DNA of 64,000 nt from Auanema rhodensis (lineage: Eukaryota; Animalia; Nematoda): the NCBI GenBank assembly GCA_964057225.1, contig OZ059896.1, positions 930,001-994,000 of the forward strand. The letters run 5' to 3'. Below the pieces are notes generated by a model that had not been told where the DNA came from, ran no database searches, and saw only the letters and a list, made by a program, of their open reading frames with translations. A program made the position numbers and the translations under genes. This document shows positions 1 to 13,900 of the stretch, in pieces (position 1 is the first letter of the stretch; every line of letters begins with the position of its first letter).

Positions 1-3000
1 GTAACTCGCTTCACGTGAAAGATAAAGAGATGCGGTTTTCAAAATTAGATTCCCCATGTCCATATTAGTCTAAAAACAAATTTTTATTGATATTGGTTCA
101 TGGTAACCATGACTTTGAAATTTACGTGAACTTTAATTTATGCTAATTAAATGTACACGTGATGTGCACTTGGTATGTAACTCGCTTCACGTGAAAGATA
201 AAGAGATGCGGTTTTCAAAATTAGATTCCCCATGTCCATATTAGTTTAAAAACAAATTTTTATTGATATTGGTTCATGGTAACCATGACTTTGAAATTTA
301 CGTGAACTTTAATTTATGCTAATTAAATGTACACGTGATGTGCACTTGGTATTTAACTCGCTTCACTTGAAAGATAAAGAGATGCGGTTTTCAAAATTAG
401 ATTCCCCATGTCCATATTAGTCTAAAAACAAATTTTTATTGATATTGGTTCATGGTAACCATGACTTTGAAATTTACGTGAACTTTAATTTATGCTAATT
501 AAATGTACACGTGATGTGCACTTGGTATGTAACTCGCTTCACGTGAAAGATAAAGAGATGCGGTTTTCAAAATTAGATTCTCCATGTCCATATTAGTCTA
601 AAAACAAATTTTTATTGATATTGGTGCATGGTAACCATGAGTTTGAAATTTACGTGAACTTTAATTTATGCTAATTAAATGTACACGTGATGTGCACTTG
701 GTATGTAACTCGCTTCACGTGAAAGATAAAAAGATGCGGTTTTCAAAATTAGATTCCCCATGTCCATATTAGTCTAAAAACAAAATTTTATTGATATTGG
801 TGCATGGTAACCATGACTTTGAATTTTACGTGAACTTTAATTTATGCTAATTAAATGTACACGTGATGTGTACTTGGTATGTAACTCGCTTCACGTGAAA
901 GATAAAGAGATGCGGTTTTCAAAATTAGAATCCCCATGTCCATATTAGTCTAAAAACAAAATTTTATTGATATTGGTGCATGGTAACCATGAGTTTGAAA
1001 TTTACGTGAACTTTAATTTATGCTAATTAAATGTACACGTGATGTGTACTTGGTATGTAACTCGCTTCACGTGAAAGATAAAGAGATGCGGTTTTCAAAA
1101 TTAGATTCCCCATGTCCATATTAGTTTGAAAACAAATTTTTATTGATATTGGTGCATGGTAACCATGACTTTGAAATTTACGTGAACTTTAATTTATGCT
1201 AATTAAATGTACACGTGATGTGCACTTGGTATGTAACTCGCTTCACGTGGAAGATAAAGAGATGCGGTTTTTAAAAATGGATTCTCCATGTCCATATTAG
1301 TCTAAAACAAATTTTTATTGATATTGGTGCATGGTAACCATGACTTTGAAATTTACGTGAACTTTAATTTATGCTAATTAAATGTACACGTGATGTGCAC
1401 TTGGTATATAACTCGCTTCACGTGAAAGATAAAGAGATGCGGTTTTCAAAATTAGATTCCCCATGTCCATATTAGTCTAAAAACAAAATTTTATTGATAT
1501 TGGTGCATGGTAACCATGAGTTTGAAATTTACGTGAACTTTAATTTATGCTAATTAAATGTACACGTGATGTGCACTTGGTATGTAACTCGCTTCACGTG
1601 AAAGATAAAGAGATGCGGTTTTCAAAATTAGATTCCCCATGTCCATATTAGTCTAAAAACAAAATTTTATTGATATTGGTGCATGGTAACCATGACTTTG
1701 AAATTTACGTGAACTTTAATTTATGCTAATTAAATGTACACGTGATGTGCACTTGGTATGTAACTCGCTTCACGTGAAAGATAAAGAGATGCGGTTTTTA
1801 AAAATAGATTCTCCATGTCCATATTAGTCTAAAAACAAATTTTTATTGATATTGGTGCATGGTAACCATGAGTTTGAAATTTACGTGAACTTTAATTTAT
1901 GCTAATTAAATGTACACGTGATGTGCACTTGGTATGTAACTCGCTTCACGTGAAAGATAAAGAGATGCGGTTTTCAAAATTAGATTCTCCATGTCCATAT
2001 TAGTCTAAAAACAAATTTTTATTGATATTGGTGCATGGTAACCATGAGTTTGAAATTTACGTGAACTTTAATTTATGCTAATTAAATGTACACGTGATGT
2101 GCACTTGGTATGTAACTCGCTTCACGTGAAAGATAAAGAGATGCGGTTTTCAAAATTAGATTCCCCATGTCCATATTAGTCTAAAAACAAAATTTTATTG
2201 ATATTGGTGCATGGTAACCATGACTTTGAAATTTACGTGAACTTTAATTTATGCTAATTAAATGTACACGTGATGTGCACTTGGTATGTAACTCGCTTCA
2301 CGTGAAAGATAAAAAGATGCGGTTTTCAAAATTAGATTCCCCATGTCCATATTAGTCTAAAAACAAAATTTTATTGATATTGGTGCATGGTAACCATGAC
2401 TTTGAATTTTACGTGAACTTTAATTTATGCTAATTAAATGTACACGTGATGTGCACTTGGTATGTAACTCGCTTCACGTGAAAGATAAAGAGATGCGGTT
2501 CTCAAAATTAGAATCCCCATGTCCATATTAGTTTGAAAACAAATTTTTTTTGATATTGGTGCGTGGTAACCATGAGTTTGAAATTTACGTGAACTTTAAT
2601 TTATGCTAATTAAATGTACACGTGATGTGCACTTGGTATGTAACTCGCTTCACGTGGAAGATAAAGAGATGCGGTTTTTAAAAATGGATTCTCCATGTCC
2701 ATATTAGTCTAAAAACAAATTTTTATTGATATTGGTGCATGGTAACCATGACTTTGAAATTTACGTGAACTTTAATTTATGCTAATTAAATGTACACGTG
2801 ATGTGCACTTGGTATGTAACTCGCTTCACGTGAAAGATAAAGAGATGCGGTTCTCAAAATTAGATTCCCCATGTCCATATTAGTCTAAAAACAAAATTTT
2901 ATTGATATTGGTGCATGGTAACCATGAGTTTGAAATTTACGTGAACTTTAATTTATGCTAATTGAATGTACACGTGATGTGCACTTGGTATGTAACTCGC

Positions 3001-6000
3001 TTCACGTGAAAGATAAAGAGATGCGGTTTTCAAAATTAGATTCCCCATGTCCATATTAGTCTAAAAACAAAATTTTATTGATATTGGTGCATGGTGCATG
3101 GTAACCATGACTTTGAAATTTACGTGAACTTTAATTTATGCTAATTAAATGTACACGTGATGTGCACTTGGTATGTAACTCGCTTCACGTGAAAGATAAA
3201 GAGATGCGTTTTTCAAAATTAGATTCCCCATGTCCATATTAGTCTAAAAACAAATTTTTATTGATATTGGTGCATGGTAACCATGAGTTTGAAATTTACG
3301 TGAACTTTACTTTATGCTAATTAAATGTACACGTGATGTGCACTTGGTATGTAACTCGCTTCGCGTGAAAGATAAATAGATGCGGTTTTCAAAATTAGAT
3401 TCCCCATGTCCATATTAGTCACAAAACAAATATTCATTGATATTGGTTCATGGTAACCATGACTTTGAAAATTACGTGAACTTTAATTTATGCTAATTAA
3501 ATGTACACGTGATGTGCACTTGGTATGTAACTCGCTTCACGTGGAAGATAAGAGATGCGGTTTTCAAAATTAGATTCCCCATGTCCATATTAGTCTAAAA
3601 ACAAATTTTTATTGATATTGGTGCATGGTAACCATGAGTTTGAAATTTACGTGAACTTTAATTTATGCTAATTAAATGTACACGTGATGTGCACTTGGTA
3701 TGTAACTCGCTTCACGTGAAAGATAAAGAGATGCGGTTTTTAAAAATAGATTCTCCATGTCCATATTAGTCTAAAAACAAATTTTTATTGATATTGGTGC
3801 ATGGTAACCATGAGTTTGAAATTTACGTGAACTTTAATTTATGCTAATTAAATGTACACGTGATGTGCACTTGGTATGTAACTCGCTTCACGTGAAAGAT
3901 AAAGAGATGCGGTTTTCAAAATTAGATTCTCCATGTCCATATTAGTCTAAAAACAAATTTTTATTGATATTGGTGCATGGTAACCATGAGTTTGAAATTT
4001 ACGTGAACTTTAATTTATGCTAATTAAATGTACACGTGATGTGCACTTGGTATGTAACTCGCTTCACGTGAAAGATAAAGAGATGCGGTTTTCAAAATTA
4101 GATTCCCCATGTCCATATTAGTCTAAAAACAAAATTTTATTGATGTTGGTGCATGGTAACCATGACTTTGAAATTTACGTGAACTTTAATTTATGCTAAT
4201 TAAATGTACACGTGATGTGCACTTGGTATGTAACTCGCTTCACGTGAAAGATAAAGAGATGCGGTTTTTAAAATTAGATTCTCCATGTCCATATTAGTCT
4301 AAAAACAAAATTTTATTGATATTGGTGCATGGTAACCATGACTTTGAAATTTACGTGAACTTTAATTTATGCTAATTAAATGTACACGTGATGTGCACTT
4401 GGTATGTAACTCGCTTCACGTGAAAGATAAAGAGATGCGGTTTTTAAAAATAGATTCTCCATGTCCATATTAGTCTAAAAACAAATTTTTATTGATATTG
4501 GTGCATGGTAACCATGAGTTTGAAATTTACGTGAACTTTAATTTATGCTAATTAAATGTACACGTGATGTGCACTTGGTATGTAACTCGCTTCACGTGAA
4601 AGATAAAGAGATGCGGTTTTCAAAATTAGATTCTCCATGTCCATATTAGTCTAAAAACAAATTTTTATTGATATTGGTGCATGGTAACCATGAGTTTGAA
4701 ATTTACGTGAACTTTAATTTATGCTAATTAAATGTACACGTGATGTGCACTTGGTATGTAACTCGCTTCACGTGGAAGATAAAGAGATGCGGTTTTCAAA
4801 ATTAGAATCCCCATGTCCAAATTAGTCTAAAAACAAATTTTTATTGATATTGGTTCATGGTAACCATGACTTTGAAATTTACGTGAACTTTAATTTATGC
4901 TAATTAAATGTACACGTGATGTGCACTAGGTATGTAACTCGCTTCACGTGAAAGATAAAGAGATGCGGTTTTCAAAATTAGAATCCCCATGTCCATATTA
5001 GTTTAAAAACAAATTTTTATTGATATTGGTTCATGGTAATCATGACTTTGAAATTTACGTGAACTTTAATTTATGCTAATTAAATGTACACGTGATGTGC
5101 ACTTTATATGTAACTCGCTTCACGTGAAAGATAAAGAGATGCGGTTTTCAAAATTAGATTCCCCATGTCCATATTAGTCTAAAAACAAATTTTTATTGAT
5201 ATTGGTTCATGGTAACCATGACTTTGAAATTTACGTGAACTTTAACTTATGCTAATTAAATGTACACGTGATGTGCACTAGGTATGTAACTCGCTTCACG
5301 TGAAAGATAAAGAGATGCGGTTTTCAAAATTAGATTCCCCATGTCCATATTAGTTTAAAAACAAATTTTTATTGATATTGGTTCATGGTAACCATGACTT
5401 TGAAATTTACGTGAACTTTAATTTATGCTAATTAAATGTACACGTGATGTGCACTTGGTATGTAACTCGCTTCACTTGAAAGATAAAGAGATGCGGTTTT
5501 CAAAATTAGATTCCCCATGTCCAAATTAGTCTAAAAACAAATTTTTATTGATATTGGTTCATGGTAACCATGACTTTGAAATTTACGTGAACTTTAATTT
5601 ATGCTAATTAAATGTACACGTGATGTGCACTAGGTATGTAACTCGCTTCACGTGAAAGATAAAGAGATGCGGTTTTCAAAATTAGAATCCCCATGTCCAT
5701 ATTAGTTTGAAAACAAATTTTTATTGATATTGGTTCATGGTAACCATGACTTTGAAATTTACGTGAACTTTAATTTATGCTAATTAAATGTACACGTGAT
5801 GTGCACTAGGTATGTAACTCGCTTCACGTGAAAGATAAAGAGATGCGGTTTTCAAAATTAGAATCCCCATGTCCATATTAGTTTGAAAACAAATTTTTAT
5901 TGATATTGGTTCATGGTAACCATGACTTTGAAATTTACGTGAACTTTAATTTATGCTAATTAAAAGTACACGTGATGTGCACTTGGTATGTAACTCGCTT

Positions 6001-9000
6001 CACGTGAAAGATAAAGAGATGCGGTTTTCAAAATTAGATTCCCCATGTCCATATTAGTCTAAAAACAAATTTTTATTGATATTGGTTCATGGTAACCATG
6101 ACTTTGAAACTTACGTGAACTTTAATTTATGCTAATTAAATGTACACGTGATGTGCACTTTATATGTAACTCGCTTCACGTGAAAGATAAAGAGATGCGG
6201 TTCTCAAAATTAGATTCCCCATGTCCATATTAGTCTAAAAACAAACTTTCATTGATATTGGTGCATGGTAACCATGACTTTGAAATTTACATGAACTTTA
6301 ATTTATGCTAATTAAATGTACACGTGATGTGCACTTGGTATGTAACTCGCTTCACGTGAAAGATAAAGAGATGCAGTTTTCAAAATTAGATTCCCCATGT
6401 CCATATTAGTCTAAAAACAAATTTTTATTGATATTGGTTCATGGTAACCATGACTTTGAAATTTACGTGAACTTTAATTTATGCTAATTAAATGTACACG
6501 TGATGTGCACTTGGTATGTAACTCGCTTCACGTGAAAGATAAAGAGATGCGGTTTTCAAAATTAGATTCCCCATGTCCATATTAGTCTAAAAACAAATTT
6601 TTATTGATATTGGTGCATGGTAACCATGACTTTGAAATTTACGTGAACTTTAATTTATGCTAATTAAGTGTACACGTGATGTGCACTTGGTATGTAACTC
6701 GCTTCACGTGAAAGATAAAGAGATGCGGTTTTCAAAATTAGATTCCCCATGTCCATATTAGTCTAAAAACAAATTTTTATTAATATTGGTGCATGGTAAC
6801 CATGACTTTGAAATTTACGTGAACTTTAATTTATGCTAATTAAATGTACACGTGATGTGCACTTTATATGTAACTCGCTTCACGTGAAAGATAAAGAGAT
6901 GCGGTTTTCAAAATTAGATTCCCCATGTCCCTATTAGTCTAAAAACAAATTTTTATTGATATTGGTTCATGGTAACCATGACTTTGAAATTTACGTGAAC
7001 TTTAATTTATGCTAATTAAATGTACACGTGATGTGCACTTGGTATGTAACTCGCTTCACTTGAAAGATAAAGAGATGCGGTTTTCAAAATTAGATTCCCC
7101 ATGTCCAAATTAGTCTAAAAACAAATTTTTATTGATATTGGTTCATGGTAACCATGACTTTGAAATTTACGTGAACTTTAATTTATGCTAATTAAATGTA
7201 CACGTGATGTGCACTAGGTATGTAACTCGCTTCACGTGAAAGATAAAGAGATGCGGTTTTCAAAATTAGATTCCCCATGTCCATATTAGTTTAAAAACAA
7301 ATTTTTATTGATATTGGTTCATGGTAACCATGACTTTGAAATTTACGTGAACTTTAATTTATGCTAATTAAATGTACACGTGATGTGCACTTGGTATGTA
7401 ACTCGCTTCACTTGAAAGATAAAGAGATGCGGTTTTCAAAATTAGATTCCCCATGTCCAAATTAGTCTAAAAACAAATTTTTATTGATATTGGTTCATGG
7501 TAACCATGAATTTGAAATTTACGTGAACTTTAATTTATGCTAATTAAATGTACACGTGATGTGCACTTGGTATGTAACTCGCTTCACTTGAAAGATAAAG
7601 AGATGCGGTTTTCAAAATTAGATTCCCCATGTCCATATTAGTCTAAAAACAAATTTTTATTGATATTGGTTCATGGTAACCATGACTTTGAAATTTACGT
7701 GAACTTTAATTTATGCTAATTAAATGTACACGTGATGTGCACTTGGTATGTAACTCGCCTCACGTGAAAGATAAAGAGATGCGGTTTTCAAAATTAGATT
7801 CCCCATGTCCATATTAGTCTAAAAACAAACTTTCATTGATATTGGTGCATGGTAACCATGACTTTGAAATTTACATGAACTTTAATTTATGCTAATTAAA
7901 TGTACACGTGATGTGCACTTGGTATGTAACTCGCTTCACGTGAAAGATAAAGAGATGCAGTTTTCAAAATTAGATTCCCCATGTCCATATTAGTCTAAAA
8001 ACAAATTTTTATTGATATTGGTTCATGGTAACCATGACTTTGAAATTTACGTGAACTTTAATTTATGCTAATTAAATGTACACGTGATGTGCACTTGGTA
8101 TGTAACTCGCTTCACGTGAAAGATAAAGAGATGCGGTTTTCAAAATTAGATTCCCCATGTCCATATTAGTCTAAAAACAAATTTTTATTGATATTGGTGC
8201 ATGGTAACCATGACTTTGAAATTTACGTGAACTTTAATTTATGCTAATTAAGTGTACACGTGATGTGCACTTGGTATGTAACTCGCTTCACGTGAAAGAT
8301 AAAGAGATGCGGTTTTCAAAATTAGATTCCCCATGTCCATATTAGTCTAAAAACAAATTTTTATTGATATTGGTTCATGGTAACCATGACTTTGAAATTT
8401 ACGTGAACTTTAATTTATGCTAATTAAATGTACACGTGATGTGCACTTTATATGTAACTCGCTTCACGTGAAAGATAAAGAGATGCGGTTTTCAAAATTA
8501 GATTCCCCATGTCCCTATTAGTCTAAAAACAAATTTTTATTGATATTGGTTCATGGTAACCATGACTTTGAAATTTACGTGAACTTTAATTTATGCTAAT
8601 TAAATGTACACGTGATGTGCACTTGGTATGTAACTCGCTTCACTTGAAAGATAAAGAGATGCGGTTTTCAAAATTAGATTCCCCATGTCCAAATTAGTCT
8701 AAAAACAAATTTTTATTGATATTGGTTCATGGTAACCATGACTTTGAAATTTACGTGAACTTTAATTTATGCTAATTAAATGTACACGTGATGTGCACTT
8801 GGTATGTAACTCGCCTCACGTGAAAGATAAAGAGATGCGGTTTTCAAAATTAGATTCCCCATGTCCATATTAGTCTAAAAACAAACTTTCATTGATATTG
8901 GTGCATGGTAACCATGACTTTGAAATTTACATGAACTTTAATTTATGCTAATTAAATGTACACGTGATGTGCACTTGGTATGTAACTCGCTTCACGTGAA

Positions 9001-10950
9001 AGATAAAGAGATGCAGTTTTCAAAATTAGATTCCCCATGTCCATATTAGTCTAAAAACAAATTTTTATTGATATTGGTTCATGGTAACCATGACTTTGAA
9101 ATTTACGTGAACTTTAATTTATGCTAATTAAATGTACACGTGATGTGCACTTGGTATGTAACTCGCTTCACGTGAAAGATAAAGAGATGCGGTTTTCAAA
9201 ATTAGATTCCCCATGTCCATATTAGTCTAAAAACAAATTTTTATTGATATTGGTGCATGGTAACCATGACTTTGAAATTTACGTGAACTTTAATTTATGC
9301 TAATTAAGTGTACACGTGATGTGCACTTGGTATGTAACTCGCTTCACGTGAAAGATAAAGAGATGCGGTTTTCAAAATTAGATTCCCCATGTCCATATTA
9401 GTCTAAAAACAAATTTTTATTAATATTGGTGCATGGTAACCATGACTTTGAAATTTACGTGAACTTTAATTTATGCTAATTAAATGTACACGTGATGTGC
9501 ACTTTATATGTAACTCGCTTCACGTGAAAGATAAAGAGATGCGGTTTTCAAAATTAGATTCCCCATGTCCCTATTAGTCTAAAAACAAATTTTTATTGAT
9601 ATTGGTTCATGGTAACCATGACTTTGAAATTTACGTGAACTTTAATTTATGCTAATTAAATGTACACGTGATGTGCACTTGGTATGTAACTCGCTTCACT
9701 TGAAAGATAAAGAGATGCGGTTTTCAAAATTAGATTCCCCATGTCCAAATTAGTCTAAAAACAAATTTTTATTGATATTGGTTCATGGTAACCATGACTT
9801 TGAAATTTACGTGAACTTTAATTTATGCTAATTAAATGTACACGTGATGTGCACTAGGTATGTAACTCGCTTCACGTGAAAGATAAAGAGATGCGGTTTT
9901 CAAAATTAGATTCCCCATGTCCATATTAGTTTAAAAACAAATTTTTATTGATATTGGTTCATGGTAACCATGACTTTGAAATTTACGTGAACTTTAATTT
10001 ATGCTAATTAAATGTACACGTGATGTGCACTTGGTATGTAACTCGCTTCACTTGAAAGATAAAGAGATGCGGTTTTCAAAATTAGATTCCCCATGTCCAA
10101 ATTAGTCTAAAAACAAATTTTTATTGATATTGGTTCATGGTAACCATGAATTTGAAATTTACGTGAACTTTAATTTATGCTAATTAAATGTACACGTGAT
10201 GTGCACTTGGTATGTAACTCGCTTCACTTGAAAGATAAAGAGATGCGGTTTTCAAAATTAGATTCCCCATGTCCATATTAGTCTAAAAACAAATTTTTAT
10301 TGATATTGGTTCATGGTAACCATGACTTTGAAATTTACGTGAACTTTAATTTATGCTAATTAAATGTACACGTGATGTGCACTTGGTATGTAACTCGCCT
10401 CACGTGAAAGATAAAGAGATGCGGTTTTCAAAATTAGATTCCCCATGTCCATATTAGTCTAAAAACAAATTTTTATTGATATTGGTGCATGGTAACCATG
10501 ACTTTGAAATTTACGTGAACTTTAATTTATGCTAATTAAGTGTACACGTGATGTGCACTTGGTATGTAACTCGCTTCACGTGAAAGATAAAGAGATGCGG
10601 TTTTCAAAATTAGATTCCCCATGTCCATATTAGTCTAAAAACAAATTTTTATTAATATTGGTGCATGGTAACCATGACTTTGAAATTTACGTGAACTTTA
10701 ATTTATGCTAATTAAATGTACACGTGATGTGCACTTTATATGTAACTCGCTTCACGTGAAAGATAAAGAGATGTGGTTTTCAAAATTAGATTCCCCATGT
10801 CCATATTAGTCTAAAAACAAATTTTTATTGATATTGGTTCATGGTAACCATGACTTTGAAATTTACGTGAACTTTAATTTATGCTAATTAAATGTACACG
10901 TGATGTGCACTAGGTATGTAACTCGCTTCACGTGAAAGATAAAGAGATGC

Positions 10951-13900
10951 GGTTTTCAAAATTAGAATCCCCATGTCCATATTAGTTTGAAAACAAATTT
11001 TTATTGATATTGGTTCATGGTAACCATGACTTTGAAATTTACGTGAACTTTCATTAATGCTAATTAAATGTACACGTGATGTGCACTTGGTATGTAACTC
11101 GCTTCACTTGAAAGATAAAGAGATGCGGTTTTCAAAATTAGATTCCCCATGTCCATATTAGTCTAAAAACAAATTTTTATTGATATTGGTTCATGGTAAC
11201 CATGACTTTGAAACTTACGTGAACTTTAATTTATGCTAATTAAATGTACACGTGATGTGCACTTTATATGTAACTCGCTTCACGTGAAAGATAAAGAGAT
11301 GCGGTTCTCAAAATTAGATTCCCCATGTCCATATTAGTCTAAAAACAAACTTTCATTGATATTGGTGCATGGTAACCATGACTTTGAAATTTACGTGAAC
11401 TTTAATTTATGCTAATTAAGTGTACACGTGATGTGCACTTGGTATGTAACTCGCTTCACGTGAAAGATAAAGAGATGCGGTTTTCAAAATTAGATTCCCC
11501 ATGTCCATATTAGTCTAAAAACAAATTTTTATTAATATTGGTGCATGGTAACCATGACTTTGAAATTTACGTGAACTTTAATTTATGCTAATTAAATGTA
11601 CACGTGATGTGCACTTTATATGTAACTCGCTTCACGTGAAAGATAAAGAGATGTGGTTTTCAAAATTAGATTCCCCATGTCCATATTAGTCTAAAAACAA
11701 ATTTTTATTGATATTGGTTCATGGTAACCATGACTTTGAAATTTACGTGAACTTTAATTTATGCTAATTAAATGTACACGTGATGTGCACTAGGTATGTA
11801 ACTCGCTTCACGTGAAAGATAAAGAGATGCGGTTTTCAAAATTAGATTCCCCATGTCCATATTAGTTTGAAAACAAATTTTTATTGATATTGGTTCATGG
11901 TAACCATGACTTTGAAATTTACGTGAACTTTCATTAATGCTAATTAAATGTACACGTGATGTGCACTTGGTATGTAACTCGCTTCACTTGAAAGATAAAG
12001 AGATGCGGTTTTCAAAATTAGATTCCCCATGTCCATATTAGTCTAAAAACAAATTTTTATTGATATTGGTTCATGGTAACCATGACTTTGAAACTTACGT
12101 GAACTTTAATTTATGCTAATTAAATGTACACGTGATGTGCACTTTATATGTAACTCGCTTCACGTGAAAGATAAAGAGATGCGGTTCTCAAAATTAGATT
12201 CCCCATGTCCATATTAGTCTAAAAACAAACTTTCATTGATATTGGTGCATGGTAACCATGACTTTGAAATTTACATGAACTTTAATTTATGCTAATTAAA
12301 TGTACACGTGATGTGCACTTGGTATGTAACTCGCTTCACGTAAAAGATAAAGAGATGCAGTTTTCAAAATTAGATTCCCCATGTCCATATTAGTCTAAAA
12401 ACAAATTTTTATTGATATTGGTTCATGGTAACCATGACTTTGAAATTTACGTGAACTTTAATTTATGCTAATTAAATGTACACGTGATGTGCACTTGGTA
12501 TGTAACTCGCTTCACTTGAAAGATAAAGAGATGCGGTTTTCAAAATTAGATTCCCCATGTCCAAATTAGTCTAAAAACAAATTTTTATTGATATTGGTTC
12601 ATGGTAACCATGACTTTGAAATTTACGTGAACTTTAATTTATGCTAATTAAATGTACACGTGATGTGCACTTGGTATGTAACTCGCTTCACGTGAAAGAT
12701 AAAGAGATGCAGTTTTCAAAATTAGATTCCCCATGTCCATATTAGTCTAAAAACAAATTTTTATTGATATTGGTTCATGGTAACCATGACTTTGAAATTT
12801 ACGTGAACTTTAATTTATGCTAATTAAATGTACACGTGATGTGCACTTGGTATGTAACTCGCTTCACGTGAAAGATAAAGAGATGCGGTTTTCAAAATTA
12901 GATTCCCCATGTCCAAATTAGTCTAAAAACAAATTTTTATTGATATTGGTTCATGGTAACCATGAATTTGAAATTTACGTGAACTTTAATTTATGCTAAT
13001 TAAATGTACACGTGATGTGCACTTGGTATGTAACTCGCTTCACTTGAAAGATAAAGAGATGCGGTTTTCAAAATTAGATTCCCCATGTCCATATTAGTCT
13101 AAAAACAAATTTTTATTGATATTGGTTCATGGTAACCATGACTTTGAAATTTACGTGAACTTTAATTTATGCTAATTAAATGTACACGTGATGTGCACTT
13201 GGTATGTAACTCGCCTCACGTGAAAGATAAAGAGATGCGGTTTTCAAAATTAGATTCCCCATGTCCATATTAGTCTAAAAACAATTTTTAATGATATTGG
13301 TGCATGGTAACCATGACTTTGAAATTTACGTGAACTTTAATTTATGCTAATTAAGTGTACACGTGATGTGCACTTGGTATGTAACTCGCTTCACGTGAAA
13401 GATAAAGAGATGCGGTTTTCAAAATTAGATTCCCCATGTCCATATTAGTCTAAAAACAAATTTTTATTAATATTGGTGCATGGTAACCATGACTTTGAAA
13501 TTTACGTGAACTTTAATTTATGCTAATTAAATGTACACGTGATGTGCACTTTATATGTAACTCGCTTCACGTGAAAGATAAAGAGATGTGGTTTTCAAAA
13601 TTAGATTCCCCATGTCCATATTAGTCTAAAAACAAATTTTTATTGATATTGGTTCATGGTAACCATGACTTTGAAATTTACGTGAACTTTAATTTATGCT
13701 AATTAAATGTACACGTGATGTGCACTAGTTATGTAACTCGCTTCACGTGAAAGATAAAGAGATGCGGTTTTCAAAATTAGAATCCCCATGTCCATATTAG
13801 TTTGAAAACAAATTTTTATTGATATTGGTTCATGGTAACCATGACTTTGAAATTTACGTGAACTTTCATTAATGCTAATTAAATGTACACGTGATGTGCA

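Noticed and set aside
1-176. Assignment of A to known ~171-178 bp satellites (primate alpha, Arabidopsis CEN178, Brassica CentBr, honeybee AluI)
   Set aside because: Only the length is similar. I recognise no sequence match, and the A consensus has no AGCT or AAGCTT site. A database search is needed.
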